Shown here one piece after another: positions 35,109-45,541 of a DNA stretch of 64,000 nucleotides. Position 1 is the first letter of the stretch. Every line of letters begins with the position of its first letter. Source of the stretch: Patescibacteria group bacterium (GTDB lineage Bacteria; Patescibacteriota; Minisyncoccia; Phycocordibacterales; UBA918); contig JBBTYP010000003.1 of assembly GCA_038061715.1 (NCBI GenBank), positions 12,034 through 76,033 of the forward strand, given 5' to 3'. The notes under the pieces were generated by a model that saw only the letters and a list, made by a program, of their open reading frames with translations, was not told where the DNA came from and searched no databases. Both the position numbers and the translations under genes were made by a program.

Positions 35109-37619
35109 CTACGGATTACTTGGTACTGGAACCAGTCTTGGGTTCGCTAACCAAGAGAAGCTAGAATACATTCTGATCTGTTGGCCGTTTCCTAGATCAC
35201 CGCCCGAACAATTGAGCAAATTATCGATGCAATTTTTACTCCATATATCCATCACGGTATGATCCCAGGCGCCAAACCAATCGGAGTGTAAGGTAGATCC
35301 TGGCGTCATCATGGTTCCGTTGGACATTTTGTCAGAAGACAGATACCAGCTTGGCAGATTGGCATCACTGGTATACCAGGCACCCAGGGTGAAGGTTGGA
35401 ATTACGTAAGGGTGGGTTGATGGACACTGGGCATAACCCTGACCAATGTAGCTTGAGTAGGCGACGTGAGAACGGTGGTTAGCACTATCGAGGTTTTTAC
35501 CGTCCCAACATTCTGGTGCGCTCAGTACCGCACCGATCTGGCTTCCAACGGGGCAGTTAAGTCTAGCTTTGTCGAGATCCGCATAGTGTCCTGACACCGC
35601 ACCGTTACCAATACAATTGAAGTAGCCAGCTCCTGTTGGTTTGGTGCCGCTGACCATGTCGTATCCGAAGACAAAACGTAGTCCACGAGGCAGGTCTACA
35701 CAACCCATCGCTCCAATCTTGGTACAAAGGGGATCAGTCTTAGGTCGTCGTTTGTAGTAAATACTGATGTAATCAGGTTTTACTACATTACCCTTACCAT
35801 CAAGCATGGCCGGCATCCAGTAGGCTGACCGGTTGAGTGGACTCATACAGGTACTATTACCAGTTCTCCGCAAGCTGTCATAAGTTGAGTTTGCATTGGC
35901 CAGAGTATTACCAAAGAATTGATGTAGGTGTGACTTACCGGGTTGTCCAGGGTAGACAATTGGATCATCGTAAATGAGTTGTCCAGCATTACAGATAAAA
36001 CGGAAGGCTCCAACTACGTCTGGTTTTGCGCTGGCTGGGATAGCTCCCGTTCCCCAAGAGGGGACCAGTTCAGAGCTCACGGTAAAGTTACTAGCAATTG
36101 CTGCCAGCTCAACCCCAGGAGGGATTCCACTAGGAGTTGGCGTCGGAGTAGGGGTTGGGGTTGGGGTGGGTTCTGGTGTCGGGGCTGGGATTGGGGTTGG
36201 GGTAGGAGTTGGAATTGGAGTACCCGCCAACAAGGCGTCAATGACTGGCTTGTAGACACGTGAGAGTTTTACCTGACCTCCTTCACCAACTCCTTGGGTA
36301 CTGTCAGTCGGATGAACTCCATCTTGGTAGAGGGTCTTATCTGCTGCCGCCACATCTGGTCCCATCGGGGTAGTACCGCCAAAATCAATAACGGCATCAA
36401 TCTTTTTTCCAACTTGGGCTTTCAGCAAAAGATTGACCTCGGCTCTCCTTTTATTAAAATTGGTATTGTTTAGAGTATTGTTTGTCCCTGGGACAGCTTG
36501 TGGCAATACTGTTCCCACGGCCACCTTGGCCCCTCCAGTCTTAATCGGTTCGATGTATGTAAGGAGTGCGTCAACGTAGGCTTGTGCGCTGGAATAGTTA
36601 AGTAATCCGTTGGCACCGACCAAAACCGAGAATACCTTGGGTTTCGCATTAAGAACTAGTTGCCGTCTGGCAGTCATAGCATTTATATCCGAACCGCCGA
36701 CAGCCAGTCCTTTGAAGGTGATGTCAGTTCGGGAACTAGAGTAAATCCCCGTGTAATTACCTCCCCAAAAAACCGATATACTGTCACCTTCCGCTACCAC
36801 TACTGGCTTACCAGAAGTAGTCGGGGCTGGTTCTGGAGCTGGAGCTGGAGTCGGGGTAGGAGTTGGAGTTGGATCTGGGTCCGGATTAGGTAGTGGGGTC
36901 GGTGTAGGGGCTGGTTTTGAGGAGCCTCCTCCTCCGCCGCCTGTACTAGTGCTGTCATTTGTTACCGTCACCTTGGTTGACCTAACTACAGTAGTGCCTT
37001 TAGCCAGACAACTTAGAGTATAAGTGAAAGTGCCCACTCTTCGCGCCTTGATTGTTTTGCTGCCGCTTTTAGGTTGGGTTCTGGACCAACTTCCAGAAGC
37101 CTTGCAAGAACTTACATTGAAGGCATTCCAACGTAGGACGAAGTTTTTACCTTTCTGAACGGTAGCTGGTGAAGCATATATTACAATTAAGGGCTCAGCT
37201 GTAATCCCGGCCGTCAAGGCTCTCATGGAGGCACTGTACGGTACGTTATAGGCTTGATCTGGAGATTTCGCCAAGTATTGGGAGTGTTCTTGGGTTAAGA
37301 AAAAAGCTGTTTGCTCATCAATAGCTCCTGACACCCTAATATTGTTATCGGTTTGGAACTTACGGACAGCGGCTTCGGTAAGTGGGCCGAAGTACCCCGT
37401 CGGAGAAACTCTTAGATAGTCCAAGTTGTGGAGAAACAACTGCATTCGAGCCACCTCAGTCGTTTCAAAACCAAAGGAAATCGGAAGTGCTTGTATGCCT
37501 TCAGATGTATCAAGTGCAACCGGTTCGGTGTGAACCACGCCGTTGTGGGCAAACGCAACCGAACTAGTAAGGAAGGACAAAAGAACAAAAGTTACAATCC
37601 TATTACTTAGAGTCTTCAT
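35109..37619 (-). CDS. Secreted modular protein: peptidoglycan-binding domain, Ig-like domain, SGNH/GDSL esterase, DUF1996 domain
   Basis: Signal peptide; [16 protein letters not shown]; GDSI...GAN...DGVHP; [30 protein letters not shown]; Pro-Thr linkers. Confidence 0.8.
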   Translation of the reverse strand: MKTLSNRIVTFVLLSFLTSSVAFAHNGVVHTEPVALDTSEGIQALPISFGFETTEVARMQLFLHNLDYLRVSPTGYFGPLTEAAVRKFQTDNNIRVSGAIDEQTAFFLTQEHSQYLAKSPDQAYNVPYSASMRALTAGITAEPLIVIYASPATVQKGKNFVLRWNAFNVSSCKASGSWSRTQPKSGSKTIKARRVGTFTYTLSCLAKGTTVVRSTKVTVTNDSTSTGGGGGGSSKPAPTPTPLPNPDPDPTPTPTPTPAPAPEPAPTTSGKPVVVAEGDSISVFWGGNYTGIYSSSRTDITFKGLAVGGSDINAMTARRQLVLNAKPKVFSVLVGANGLLNYSSAQAYVDALLTYIEPIKTGGAKVAVGTVLPQAVPGTNNTLNNTNFNKRRAEVNLLLKAQVGKKIDAVIDFGGTTPMGPDVAAADKTLYQDGVHPTDSTQGVGEGGQVKLSRVYKPVIDALLAGTPIPTPTPTPIPAPTPEPTPTPTPTPTPTPSGIPPGVELAAIASNFTVSSELVPSWGTGAIPASAKPDVVGAFRFICNAGQLIYDDPIVYPGQPGKSHLHQFFGNTLANANSTYDSLRRTGNSTCMSPLNRSAYWMPAMLDGKGNVVKPDYISIYYKRRPKTDPLCTKIGAMGCVDLPRGLRFVFGYDMVSGTKPTGAGYFNCIGNGAVSGHYADLDKARLNCPVGSQIGAVLSAPECWDGKNLDSANHRSHVAYSSYIGQGYAQCPSTHPYVIPTFTLGAWYTSDANLPSWYLSSDKMSNGTMMTPGSTLHSDWFGAWDHTVMDIWSKNCIDNLLNCSGGDLGNGQQIRMYSSFSWLANPRLVPVPSNP

Positions 37620-37674
37620 GTAAATAAGCTTTATTTTAATAGTAATTAACAGCATTATACCCTTTTATCCACAG

Positions 37675-38367
37675 CTAAATCCCCAATATCCACTCCTCCA
37701 GCGCCCCGTCCAAATCCCGCTTCCCTTGGTGGGCTAGGTGGTAGAGTTCAAGCAGTGACCGTGACAAGGCCTCGACTTCCCCATCTTTAAAATTACGGAG
37801 CGACTGAGTAGCCTTTTTGTAGGGGTAGTCTTTCATACCAGCCTCCTTTGCACTTCTGCTTAACTTCGCTAGTCGAAGCGATTTGAGCTGCCACCAGAGC
37901 AGGCCGATGGTTTCTTCGTCGCGGACTCCGGCCGCACGAGCTTCCTGGAGCAAGACCCATAGTTGTTTTTTGTCCTTCTTCGCCAGAGCTTCGGTGATAG
38001 CAAAGCGATTGAAATCAGTGGCCTTCGTGGCGGTAAATTCTTCAATCTCAGTGGCCTGCTTGGAATACTTCTTTTTTTTGTCGGCGAGAAGCGGACCTTC
38101 AAGGACGATGAAGATATTATGTGAAGCAGCCAGCTCGGCCAGGGTGCCAAAAATCTCTGATTCAAAATCCTCATCACCAGATGGTGTGTCGAGCAAAAAA
38201 CACTCCTTACCGCCAAACAGCGAACTGGCGCCCACCGCGCTTGCCACCAAGCCTAGTTTATATTCACTATCATATATGATAGTGGGAGATACTTCGAATT
38301 TATCTATCTCGGTTTGAGCTCTGTCCCTAATTGCCCTTCTGTCTGTTCCGTAAAAAACTGCGAGCAT
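37675..38367 (-). CDS. Short DNA polymerase III delta (HolA)-like protein
   Basis: SSLFG motif, FAITEAL, C-terminal LEEWIL; directly follows polA. Confidence 0.6.
   Translation of the reverse strand: MLAVFYGTDRRAIRDRAQTEIDKFEVSPTIIYDSEYKLGLVASAVGASSLFGGKECFLLDTPSGDEDFESEIFGTLAELAASHNIFIVLEGPLLADKKKKYSKQATEIEEFTATKATDFNRFAITEALAKKDKKQLWVLLQEARAAGVRDEETIGLLWWQLKSLRLAKLSRSAKEAGMKDYPYKKATQSLRNFKDGEVEALSRSLLELYHLAHQGKRDLDGALEEWILGI
38265..38284. repeat. 20-bp perfect palindrome, copy 2, inside the holA-like CDS
   Basis: CACTATCATATATGATAGTG (encodes TIIYDS). Confidence 0.8.
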
Positions 38368-38368
38368 A

Positions 38369-40756
38369 CTATATTCTTACTTTCAACTTCTCCATGTCGC
38401 GCCAATTTTGACCGACTTTTACTTCGGCTACAATTGGCACTTCGAAAGTCTCTTTACCCTCTAATACTCCTTCCATAATTGAGAGTAAGATTGGTACTTG
38501 TTTATCTACTTCTCCCTTCTTAATTTCAAACACCAGTTCGTCGTGAATCTGCAAGAGCAAGTGTACTCTCTCTTCGAGTTTATTTTTCTTTAAATGCTCA
38601 GCAATGCGCACCATCGCAATGCGCACAATGTCAGCTGCCGTACCTTGAATCGGAGCATTGATAGCCATACGTTCGGCAGCAGCACGAATAAACGGCACGC
38701 TTGAAGCAATACCGGCAAAGTGCCTACGACGACCAAAAAGAGTTTCGGTGTACCCGAGCTTGCGCGCTTGAGTCTTCGTATCTTCTAGGTATTCCGCCAA
38801 GCGGGTGAAGGTTTGGAAATAAGCATTGAGGAAAGCTTGAGCGTCTTCACGAGTAGTATCTTCACCGAGATTGGTACGTAAGGCATTGACTCCCATGCCG
38901 TAAAGAATCCCGAAGTTAATCACCTTGGCCTTGCGGCGCATACTAGGCGTCACCTCCTCGCTCTCCACTCCAAAAACTCTCATCGCTACCCCGTGGTGAA
39001 CATCCTCCGCTTTACGGAAAATTTCAATCATGTTTTTGTCTTGCGACATTATCGCAGCAATCCGTAGCTCAATTTGAGAATAGTCGATAGCCACGAGCTC
39101 GTAGCCAGATGAGGCGGTAAAGGCCGCCCGAATGGCCATCCCCTCGGTACTCTTTACTGGAATGTTTTGAATGTTTGGGTCTTTACTTCCCATGCGACCA
39201 GTGACGGTTCCAGTTTGCAAAAAGGTGGTGTGGATCTTGCCGTCGTCTTTAACCAACGTCGGCAACGTATCAATATAGGTGGAGACGAGTTTTTGTAATT
39301 CACGATAACGAAGAATTTCTTCAATAATTGGATGTTCGCCTTTGAGCTTTTCGAGTTCCGACTCTTTAGTGGAGCGTTGCCCGCCAGCAGTCTTTTTGGC
39401 ATTTTTCACCTTAAGGCCCAGGGTATCAAACAAGATGTCGCCCAGCTGTTTGGGTGAGTTGATGTTAAATTCTACTCCTGCCTGTTTGTAGATGCGTTTT
39501 TCAAGTCCAGTCAATTCTTTGTGAAAATCTTTTGAAAGGGTTGCTAAGTATTTCACATCAAGAGTAATGCCTGTCTGTTGCATTGTTTCAATCACAGGAA
39601 TTAGTGGCTGTTCGATATCGGTAAAGATAGGCTCTAGACCGGTGTGGATTACTTTTTCGCGCAAAGCCTTTACCGTTTCGTCCCACCCGTTCACTTTAAG
39701 GAAAGACCGTCCGTAGTCGACAATATCGTCGTACGAAGCGTTGGTGCGTTCACTTTCAAGGAGCCAGAGTAAAATGGCTGCTTCCTTGAGCGCCTGTGGC
39801 GACACCTCTGATTCGTCGCCGCCACCTTCTTCAGCTTTAAGTTCAAACAGCTTTCGCACACGGTCAGTGACGGTACGAAAACCAAATTCTGAGAAAAGAT
39901 TAAGAATAGCGGTGGTATCAGCTCGCTCCCGCCACTTGGTACCTGTCACATCAAATGAATCGAGTGCGTCAGTGCGAATCGTAGCGAGCATTTTAGAAAA
40001 CTCAGCTTCTTCTTTTCCGTCTTTCAAAAGACCGATAATGCGCGGAGAGAGGCCAAGTTCTTTAAACTGCGTTTCATCTTTTTGTAGGGCCTTATACATC
40101 TTTTCAATCGTGCCAAATTTTGAAATTAGAGTGGTGCCAGTTTTTTCTCCAATGCCGACAATCCCGGGAATATTATCTGAGGTATCACCCCGCAAGCCTT
40201 TATAGTCTGGTACAGAGGTCGGCGAAAATCCAAATCGCTCTTTCACCATCGCTTCATCATACAAAATAGTATCCTTGATACCCTTTTTAAGCGTATAAAC
40301 CTGTACGCGTTTTTTATCGACACACTGAAGGGTATCCATATCGCCCGAAGCAATAATGACCCGCACGTGTGAGTGCTCTTTCATGTAGTGAGCGATACTT
40401 CCGAGCATGTCGTCAGCTTCAAAACCGGGCTTCTCAAAAATCGGAATACCAAACGCCGCAAAGATATCGCGCGAGCGTTCAATCTGGGCTACTAGTGCAT
40501 CGTCAGTCTTTTTACGTCCTGATTTGTATCCGTCAAAAGCAGTATGGCGATAGGTTGGCTCTGGTAAGTCAAAACACGCCACCATATAATCTGGACGAAA
40601 ATCTTCGATGATCTTTAGCAACATCGTTACCACTCCATAGAGAGCACCAGTCGGTTCGCCAGTCGGTGAAGAAAAATCTGGTAGGGCGTGAAAAGCGCGG
40701 TGCAAAATCGCATGAGCGTCGAGAATGACTAGAGTTTCTTCTGTTTGCTTGGTCAT
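38369..40756 (-). CDS. polA: DNA polymerase I (5'-3' exonuclease plus polymerase, reduced middle domain)
   Basis: EADD, GDTSDNIPG, DYSQIELR, KVINFGILYG, QIHDEL. Confidence 0.96.
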   Translation of the reverse strand: MTKQTEETLVILDAHAILHRAFHALPDFSSPTGEPTGALYGVVTMLLKIIEDFRPDYMVACFDLPEPTYRHTAFDGYKSGRKKTDDALVAQIERSRDIFAAFGIPIFEKPGFEADDMLGSIAHYMKEHSHVRVIIASGDMDTLQCVDKKRVQVYTLKKGIKDTILYDEAMVKERFGFSPTSVPDYKGLRGDTSDNIPGIVGIGEKTGTTLISKFGTIEKMYKALQKDETQFKELGLSPRIIGLLKDGKEEAEFSKMLATIRTDALDSFDVTGTKWRERADTTAILNLFSEFGFRTVTDRVRKLFELKAEEGGGDESEVSPQALKEAAILLWLLESERTNASYDDIVDYGRSFLKVNGWDETVKALREKVIHTGLEPIFTDIEQPLIPVIETMQQTGITLDVKYLATLSKDFHKELTGLEKRIYKQAGVEFNINSPKQLGDILFDTLGLKVKNAKKTAGGQRSTKESELEKLKGEHPIIEEILRYRELQKLVSTYIDTLPTLVKDDGKIHTTFLQTGTVTGRMGSKDPNIQNIPVKSTEGMAIRAAFTASSGYELVAIDYSQIELRIAAIMSQDKNMIEIFRKAEDVHHGVAMRVFGVESEEVTPSMRRKAKVINFGILYGMGVNALRTNLGEDTTREDAQAFLNAYFQTFTRLAEYLEDTKTQARKLGYTETLFGRRRHFAGIASSVPFIRAAAERMAINAPIQGTAADIVRIAMVRIAEHLKKNKLEERVHLLLQIHDELVFEIKKGEVDKQVPILLSIMEGVLEGKETFEVPIVAEVKVGQNWRDMEKLKVRI

Positions 40757-40802
40757 AAGTTCCAGTATATCGCGAAACGAAGCGCTGCCCTATGTACAAA
40801 CT

Positions 40803-41249
40803 CTAGTCTATTTGCACAGTACGAGTTGTTTGGTCTTTAATAGAAAAAGTGAGGTGGAGCGCCTCAGGCGGAAGAGCCCCTTTTACTAGTTCCGCCCACT
40901 CCACTACCACTAAAGTTTGGGGGTTCTTTAGAATTTCTTTAAAGTGTAAAGGAATGAGCTCTTCTTCGCTCTCAATACGATAAGCATCCATATGAATAAG
41001 TTGGGTGAAAGTGTCATCAAACGTTTCGTAACTTTTCATAATTGTGAAAGTGGGGCTAGTGATGTTTTCGTTGATATGCAAGCATCGACCAAGCGCTTGG
41101 GTAAAGGTGGTCTTGCCTGAGCCAAGATCACCATAAAGTGCCAGTGTCGTGGCGCTCGTAGACAATTTAGCTTTGAGTAAAACAAGTACCTCTCCCGCAA
41201 AGGTGTCGAGTTCGTCCTTATTGATATCGCGCACCACTCTTTCAGTCAT
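40803..41249 (-). CDS. tsaE: tRNA threonylcarbamoyladenosine biosynthesis ATPase
   Basis: GDLGSGKTTF, SPTF, HMDAYR, VEW; start at M9. Confidence 0.93.
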   Translation of the reverse strand: MTERVVRDINKDELDTFAGEVLVLLKAKLSTSATTLALYGDLGSGKTTFTQALGRCLHINENITSPTFTIMKSYETFDDTFTQLIHMDAYRIESEEELIPLHFKEILKNPQTLVVVEWAELVKGALPPEALHLTFSIKDQTTRTVQID

Positions 41250-41308
41250 GCCATGACTGTACCAAACCTCCATCCTCCTGAAAAGGTACGTGTTATCATT
41301 TTCATATC

Positions 41309-43045
41309 ATGGTCCAGTTCAACGATGTGTTTGGCGGTAATCGCGCGGTTGATATGCGTGCGGGAGAAGAAGAACGTTACGTGCAAGCCATGGCACCACG
41401 TTTTGGTTTCCCTTACATCTATCTCCGCGGCTACACCATTAATCCTGAAGCCCTCTTACTGGTGCCAGAACAAACCTCCAGAGCGGCCGAGGCGGTGTGT
41501 TTTGAGATACGACAGAAAGTCGTATCTCTGGCGTCCAAAAACCCAACTACCCCGGCGGTCACGACTCTAATCGAAAACTTAGTAAAACGAAAATACACCG
41601 TACAGCTTTACCTCTGTTCCACTCAGAGTCTCGAACATGTCTGGGCTCGGTACAAAGACGTTGTGGCTTCGACTACCGAGCGAAAGGGTGTTTTTGAAAT
41701 CAGCCCAGAAGACATTCTCAAACTGAAGGAGACAATAAAAGTAAAAGAAGACATTCCGGCTCTCATGGCCGCTATTAGCACCGCTAATAATATCCGCCGC
41801 ATTTCGGCCCCCCTCGAACTTATCTTTGCCGGGGCTCTCGCATTAAGAGTTTCTGATATTCATATTGAGCCTGAAGAATCTGGTATTCGCCTACGCTATC
41901 GCTTCGATGGTGTCCTACATGATATTGTCGACCTCGACTCATATATATATCAACGCCTGATGTCACGCTTGAAGCTACTCTCAGGTATGACCCTAAACGC
42001 CAAGAAGATTGCCCAAGACGGCCGCTTCACCTTTGACACCGGTGAGAAAGAAGTGGAAATCCGCTCTTCGATTATTCCTGGGGCAGTTGGCGAATCAATT
42101 GTGATGCGAATTCTCGATCCGAGTGTGGCCAGTTTTACAATGGAAAACCTTCGTCTCAATGAATACATCAAAGCTGCTATCTGCCAGCAAATAAAAAAAC
42201 CAAATGGTCTCATTGTTACTACCGGTCCAACTGGCTCAGGAAAGACGACTGCCCTCTACGCTTTCTTACGCGAAGCACACAACGAAGGGGTAAAAATCAT
42301 CACTATAGAAAACCCAGTGGAGTATAGACTCGATGGTATCGTTCAGACCCAAGTAGAAGGCGATTATACTTTTGCTACTGGACTAAGAGCGGTTCTTCGC
42401 CAAGACCCTGACATAATTATGATTGGTGAAATGCGCGACTTGGAAGTAGCCGAAACTGCTATCCACGCCGCTCAGACCGGCCACTTAGTATTTACTACCC
42501 TTCACACTAATAGTGCGGCGGCGGGCTTTTCTCGCTTAATGGACATGGGTATTGATCCGCGTTCATTTGGCACTTCGATAAATATTTTGCTGGGACAACG
42601 CCTGGTTCGCATTTTGTGTAGTGAATGTAGAGAAGCGTATACTCCAAGTGCAGATGAGGTTAAAGTAATGAAAGCTGCCCTGATTAATCATCCCCATCAA
42701 TTAGCCGTCCCCGAAGGAGCCACCATTTACCGAGCTACTGGCTGTGTGTTATGTGGTGGCACAGGCTATAAAGGTCGAGCTGGGATCTTCGAAGGTATTA
42801 TTATGGATGAGTCGGTGGAAGAAGCTGTCTTACGCGACCCTCGTGAACATGTGATTCTAGAGGCCGCCAAACCCCAGCGGATTCCTTCTATACTGGAGGA
42901 CGGGATCGAAAAAGTCATTCTTGGCATCACTTCCCTAGCTGAGCTTGCGCGTGTGGTGGAGCTACCGCCACCACACGCACTGGATAAAGTGGCTACAAAA
43001 AAACCCGAACTTTCTGAAGATGATTTCAATTCTCATATCGTGTAA
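41309..43045 (+). CDS. GspE/PilB family pilus assembly ATPase
   Basis: SDIHIEP, GPTGSGKTT, LRQDPD, TGHLVFTTLH, two CxxC. Confidence 0.92.
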   Translation: MVQFNDVFGGNRAVDMRAGEEERYVQAMAPRFGFPYIYLRGYTINPEALLLVPEQTSRAAEAVCFEIRQKVVSLASKNPTTPAVTTLIENLVKRKYTVQLYLCSTQSLEHVWARYKDVVASTTERKGVFEISPEDILKLKETIKVKEDIPALMAAISTANNIRRISAPLELIFAGALALRVSDIHIEPEESGIRLRYRFDGVLHDIVDLDSYIYQRLMSRLKLLSGMTLNAKKIAQDGRFTFDTGEKEVEIRSSIIPGAVGESIVMRILDPSVASFTMENLRLNEYIKAAICQQIKKPNGLIVTTGPTGSGKTTALYAFLREAHNEGVKIITIENPVEYRLDGIVQTQVEGDYTFATGLRAVLRQDPDIIMIGEMRDLEVAETAIHAAQTGHLVFTTLHTNSAAAGFSRLMDMGIDPRSFGTSINILLGQRLVRILCSECREAYTPSADEVKVMKAALINHPHQLAVPEGATIYRATGCVLCGGTGYKGRAGIFEGIIMDESVEEAVLRDPREHVILEAAKPQRIPSILEDGIEKVILGITSLAELARVVELPPPHALDKVATKKPELSEDDFNSHIV

Positions 43046-43064
43046 TCGCTAGAACACGCAAACT

Positions 43065-43104
43065 AAAAAACGTCACTTGCAAAATACTGCAAGTGACGTT
43101 TTTT
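43065..43104. terminator. Bidirectional terminator
   Basis: AAAAAACGTCACTTGCA...TGCAAGTGACGTTTTTT. Confidence 0.8.
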
Positions 43105-43139
43105 GTTGGGTCAATATAACAAAAAAAATATTTGTGTTA

Positions 43140-43358
43140 TTTTTGAAAAAGTTCCCGGTACTTTCCAGACTATAACTCTCTAAGCAAGGCTTCCGCATTG
43201 AAAGTGAATGCCGCGCTAAGGTAACCTTTCGCACTCCCATTCCAGGATGGGCGCCAAAAATCCCTCGCAACGCATCCAAGTTGCTTAGAGAGTTATATTC
43301 TTGAAGTAATTGTAAAAGCGTGGGGCACCAACCAAGTTGGCGCAAGAGGAACGTAACG
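43140..43358 (-). ncRNA. Candidate rod-shaped non-coding RNA (6S-like or novel)
   Basis: Own promoter, 17-bp perfect stem (43171-43187 / 43281-43297), nested inner stems, downstream terminator. Confidence 0.45.
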
Positions 43359-43363
43359 GGTAC

Positions 43364-43391
43364 ATACTAGCATATCTAAACTATTTGTCAA
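43364..43391 (-). promoter_or_regulatory. Sigma70-type promoter of the candidate ncRNA
   Basis: TTGACA-16 nt-TAGTAT with TGn extension. Confidence 0.65.
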
Positions 43392-43437
43392 CCCCACTCT
43401 AGGCCTTATTTAATGGCTTTTTTGCTATAATTACCTC

Positions 43438-44424
43438 ATGACAAAGACTCCATCGATTACTCGTGAGGAAGCAACCAATGGGCTGGACCGGACTTTACGG
43501 CCTCAGACTTGGGATGAATATGTGGGGCAGCGTAAAATCAAGGAGAATTTACGGATTCTCCTTACCGCTGCGCGCGAGCGGGGACATGCAGCCGAACACA
43601 TCCTTCTCTACGGCCCCCCCGGACTAGGTAAGACGACTCTGGCGAACTTGGTCGCCAAGACTCTTGGCACCAACATGAAGGTGACTTCTGGTCCAGCGAT
43701 TGAGCGGGTCGGGGATCTCGCCGCGATTCTAACCAACCTATCTCCAGGCGATGTTCTCTTCATCGATGAGATTCACCGTCTCTCTAAAAGTATTGAGGAA
43801 GTGCTCTACCCAGCGATGGAGTCGGGTGTGCTTGATATCATCATCGGTAAGGGTCCGTCAGCGCGCACTGTCCAGCTTGAACTCCCGCCGTTTACAATGG
43901 TGGCCGCTACCACTCGCATTTCTCTACTCTCTTCCCCTTTACGCTCACGCTTTTCGGGTGGAACTTTCCGTTTAGAGTTTTATGCTGATGACGAAATCGC
44001 GACTATTCTAGAACGCTCCGCTTCACTGCTTGGCGTATCCACTAACCGCGAAATCCTAGAACGCATCGCCAAGCGCTGTCGCGCCACTCCTCGTACCGCC
44101 AACTATCTTCTCAAGCGTTGCCGCGACTTAGCCCAACTTGAGGGTGGGGAACTCACGAGTGAAATTGTCGACAAGACTTTTGCTCTGCTTGAAATTGATA
44201 ACCTAGGCCTAAGTGCTCCTGATCGCGCCGTGCTCGAAGCCATCATTCACAAGTTCAACGGTGGCCCCGTCGGACTAAACACTATTGCGGCCGCCACTGG
44301 CGAAGAACCCTCGACTATCGAGGATGTAATTGAGCCTTATCTCATTCGCCACGGCCTCCTCGAACGTACTCCCCGCGGCCGCACCGTCAGCCACAACGCT
44401 TATGAGCATATTAAAAATCTGTAA
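43438..44424 (+). CDS. ruvB: Holliday junction branch migration helicase RuvB
   Basis: LRP, GPPGLGKTT, FIDEIHRL, EPYL, RTPRGR. Confidence 0.97.
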   Translation: MTKTPSITREEATNGLDRTLRPQTWDEYVGQRKIKENLRILLTAARERGHAAEHILLYGPPGLGKTTLANLVAKTLGTNMKVTSGPAIERVGDLAAILTNLSPGDVLFIDEIHRLSKSIEEVLYPAMESGVLDIIIGKGPSARTVQLELPPFTMVAATTRISLLSSPLRSRFSGGTFRLEFYADDEIATILERSASLLGVSTNREILERIAKRCRATPRTANYLLKRCRDLAQLEGGELTSEIVDKTFALLEIDNLGLSAPDRAVLEAIIHKFNGGPVGLNTIAAATGEEPSTIEDVIEPYLIRHGLLERTPRGRTVSHNAYEHIKNL

Positions 44425-44432
44425 TCACTACT

Positions 44433-44981
44433 ATGTCCGGACATAATAAATGGTCAAAAATTAAACATAAGAAAGCAGCGACTGACGCGCAGAAGAGTAA
44501 GCTATTTTCTAAACATGCCATGATGATTACCATGGAGGCCCGTAAAGCGGCTGGGGATGCCACCTCAGCGGGGGTGCTGGCAGCGATTGAACGAGCCAAG
44601 AAAGACTCCATGCCAAAGGAGAATATTGACCGAGCGGTAGCTAAAGGTTCAGGCGCTGGAGCGGCAGCTCTTGAAGAAGTCATCTTCGAAGCTTTCGGCC
44701 CAGGTGGAGTCGGAATAATTATTACTGCCGTCACCGACAACAACAATCGCACCTCGCCCGAAATAAAACACATTTTTCATAAAGCTGGTCTACAGCTCGG
44801 TGCTCCCGGCTCCGCCATGTGGGCCTTTACCAAAACCGTCGACGGCTATACACCACAGAACCCTTTAGAAATTAGTGATGCTGACGGTGAGAAGCTAGCC
44901 AACTTGATAGAAGCCCTAGAAGACCAAGATGACGTCCAAGAAATCTTCACCACAACCGACACGCAAGAGGAGGTAGAATAA
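44433..44981 (+). CDS. YebC/PmpR family protein (short form)
   Basis: MSGHNKWSKIKHKK, TDNNNRT, LEDQDDVQ. Confidence 0.93.
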   Translation: MSGHNKWSKIKHKKAATDAQKSKLFSKHAMMITMEARKAAGDATSAGVLAAIERAKKDSMPKENIDRAVAKGSGAGAAALEEVIFEAFGPGGVGIIITAVTDNNNRTSPEIKHIFHKAGLQLGAPGSAMWAFTKTVDGYTPQNPLEISDADGEKLANLIEALEDQDDVQEIFTTTDTQEEVE

Positions 44982-44984
44982 AGT

Positions 44985-45464
44985 ATGAGAGTTATTGCAG
45001 TAGATCCTGGTTACGACCGTTTGGGGGTAGCGATTATGGAAAACTCTTCCGGTGCAGAAGTACTGCTGCACTCTTGCTGTATTGAATCCAGCCGTACCAA
45101 CTACTTGCCTGACCGATTATTGACTATCGGCACTGAATTTGAGCGACTCCTTGATGAATACAAACCCGATGCCATGGGTATCGAGACGTTATTTTTTAAT
45201 AAAAATATCAAAACTGCAATCGGAGTTGCCCAGGCACGCGGCATCCTGCTTTACCTGGCGAAGCAAGCGAGCTGCGCTGTATATGAGTTTGGTCCTCAAG
45301 AAATTAAGTCGGCGGTCACTGGGTATGGCAAAAGCGATAAACAATCAGTGATTGACATGATCATGCGTCTCGTAAAAAATGCTCCCGTCCAAGCTCTTGA
45401 CGACGAGTACGATGCAATTGCTGTTGGGGTTACTTGCCTTGCAACCTATGGCAGAACTCGGTAA
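44985..45464 (+). CDS. ruvC: Crossover junction endodeoxyribonuclease RuvC
   Basis: VDPG, IETLFF, QARG, GYGKSDK, DDEYDA. Confidence 0.95.
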   Translation: MRVIAVDPGYDRLGVAIMENSSGAEVLLHSCCIESSRTNYLPDRLLTIGTEFERLLDEYKPDAMGIETLFFNKNIKTAIGVAQARGILLYLAKQASCAVYEFGPQEIKSAVTGYGKSDKQSVIDMIMRLVKNAPVQALDDEYDAIAVGVTCLATYGRTR

Positions 45465-45541
45465 AATCCCCACGTAAAGAAGCGAGAGGGTTGAATAAAT
45501 CGCATTTCTTTGTTAAAAAATAAATGTAATTTTAATATAGT

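Noticed and set aside
43073-43345. 90-aa ORF on the - strand
   Set aside because: TTG start, no recognisable motif, and it runs through long inverted repeats into the terminator. Better explained as RNA structure.
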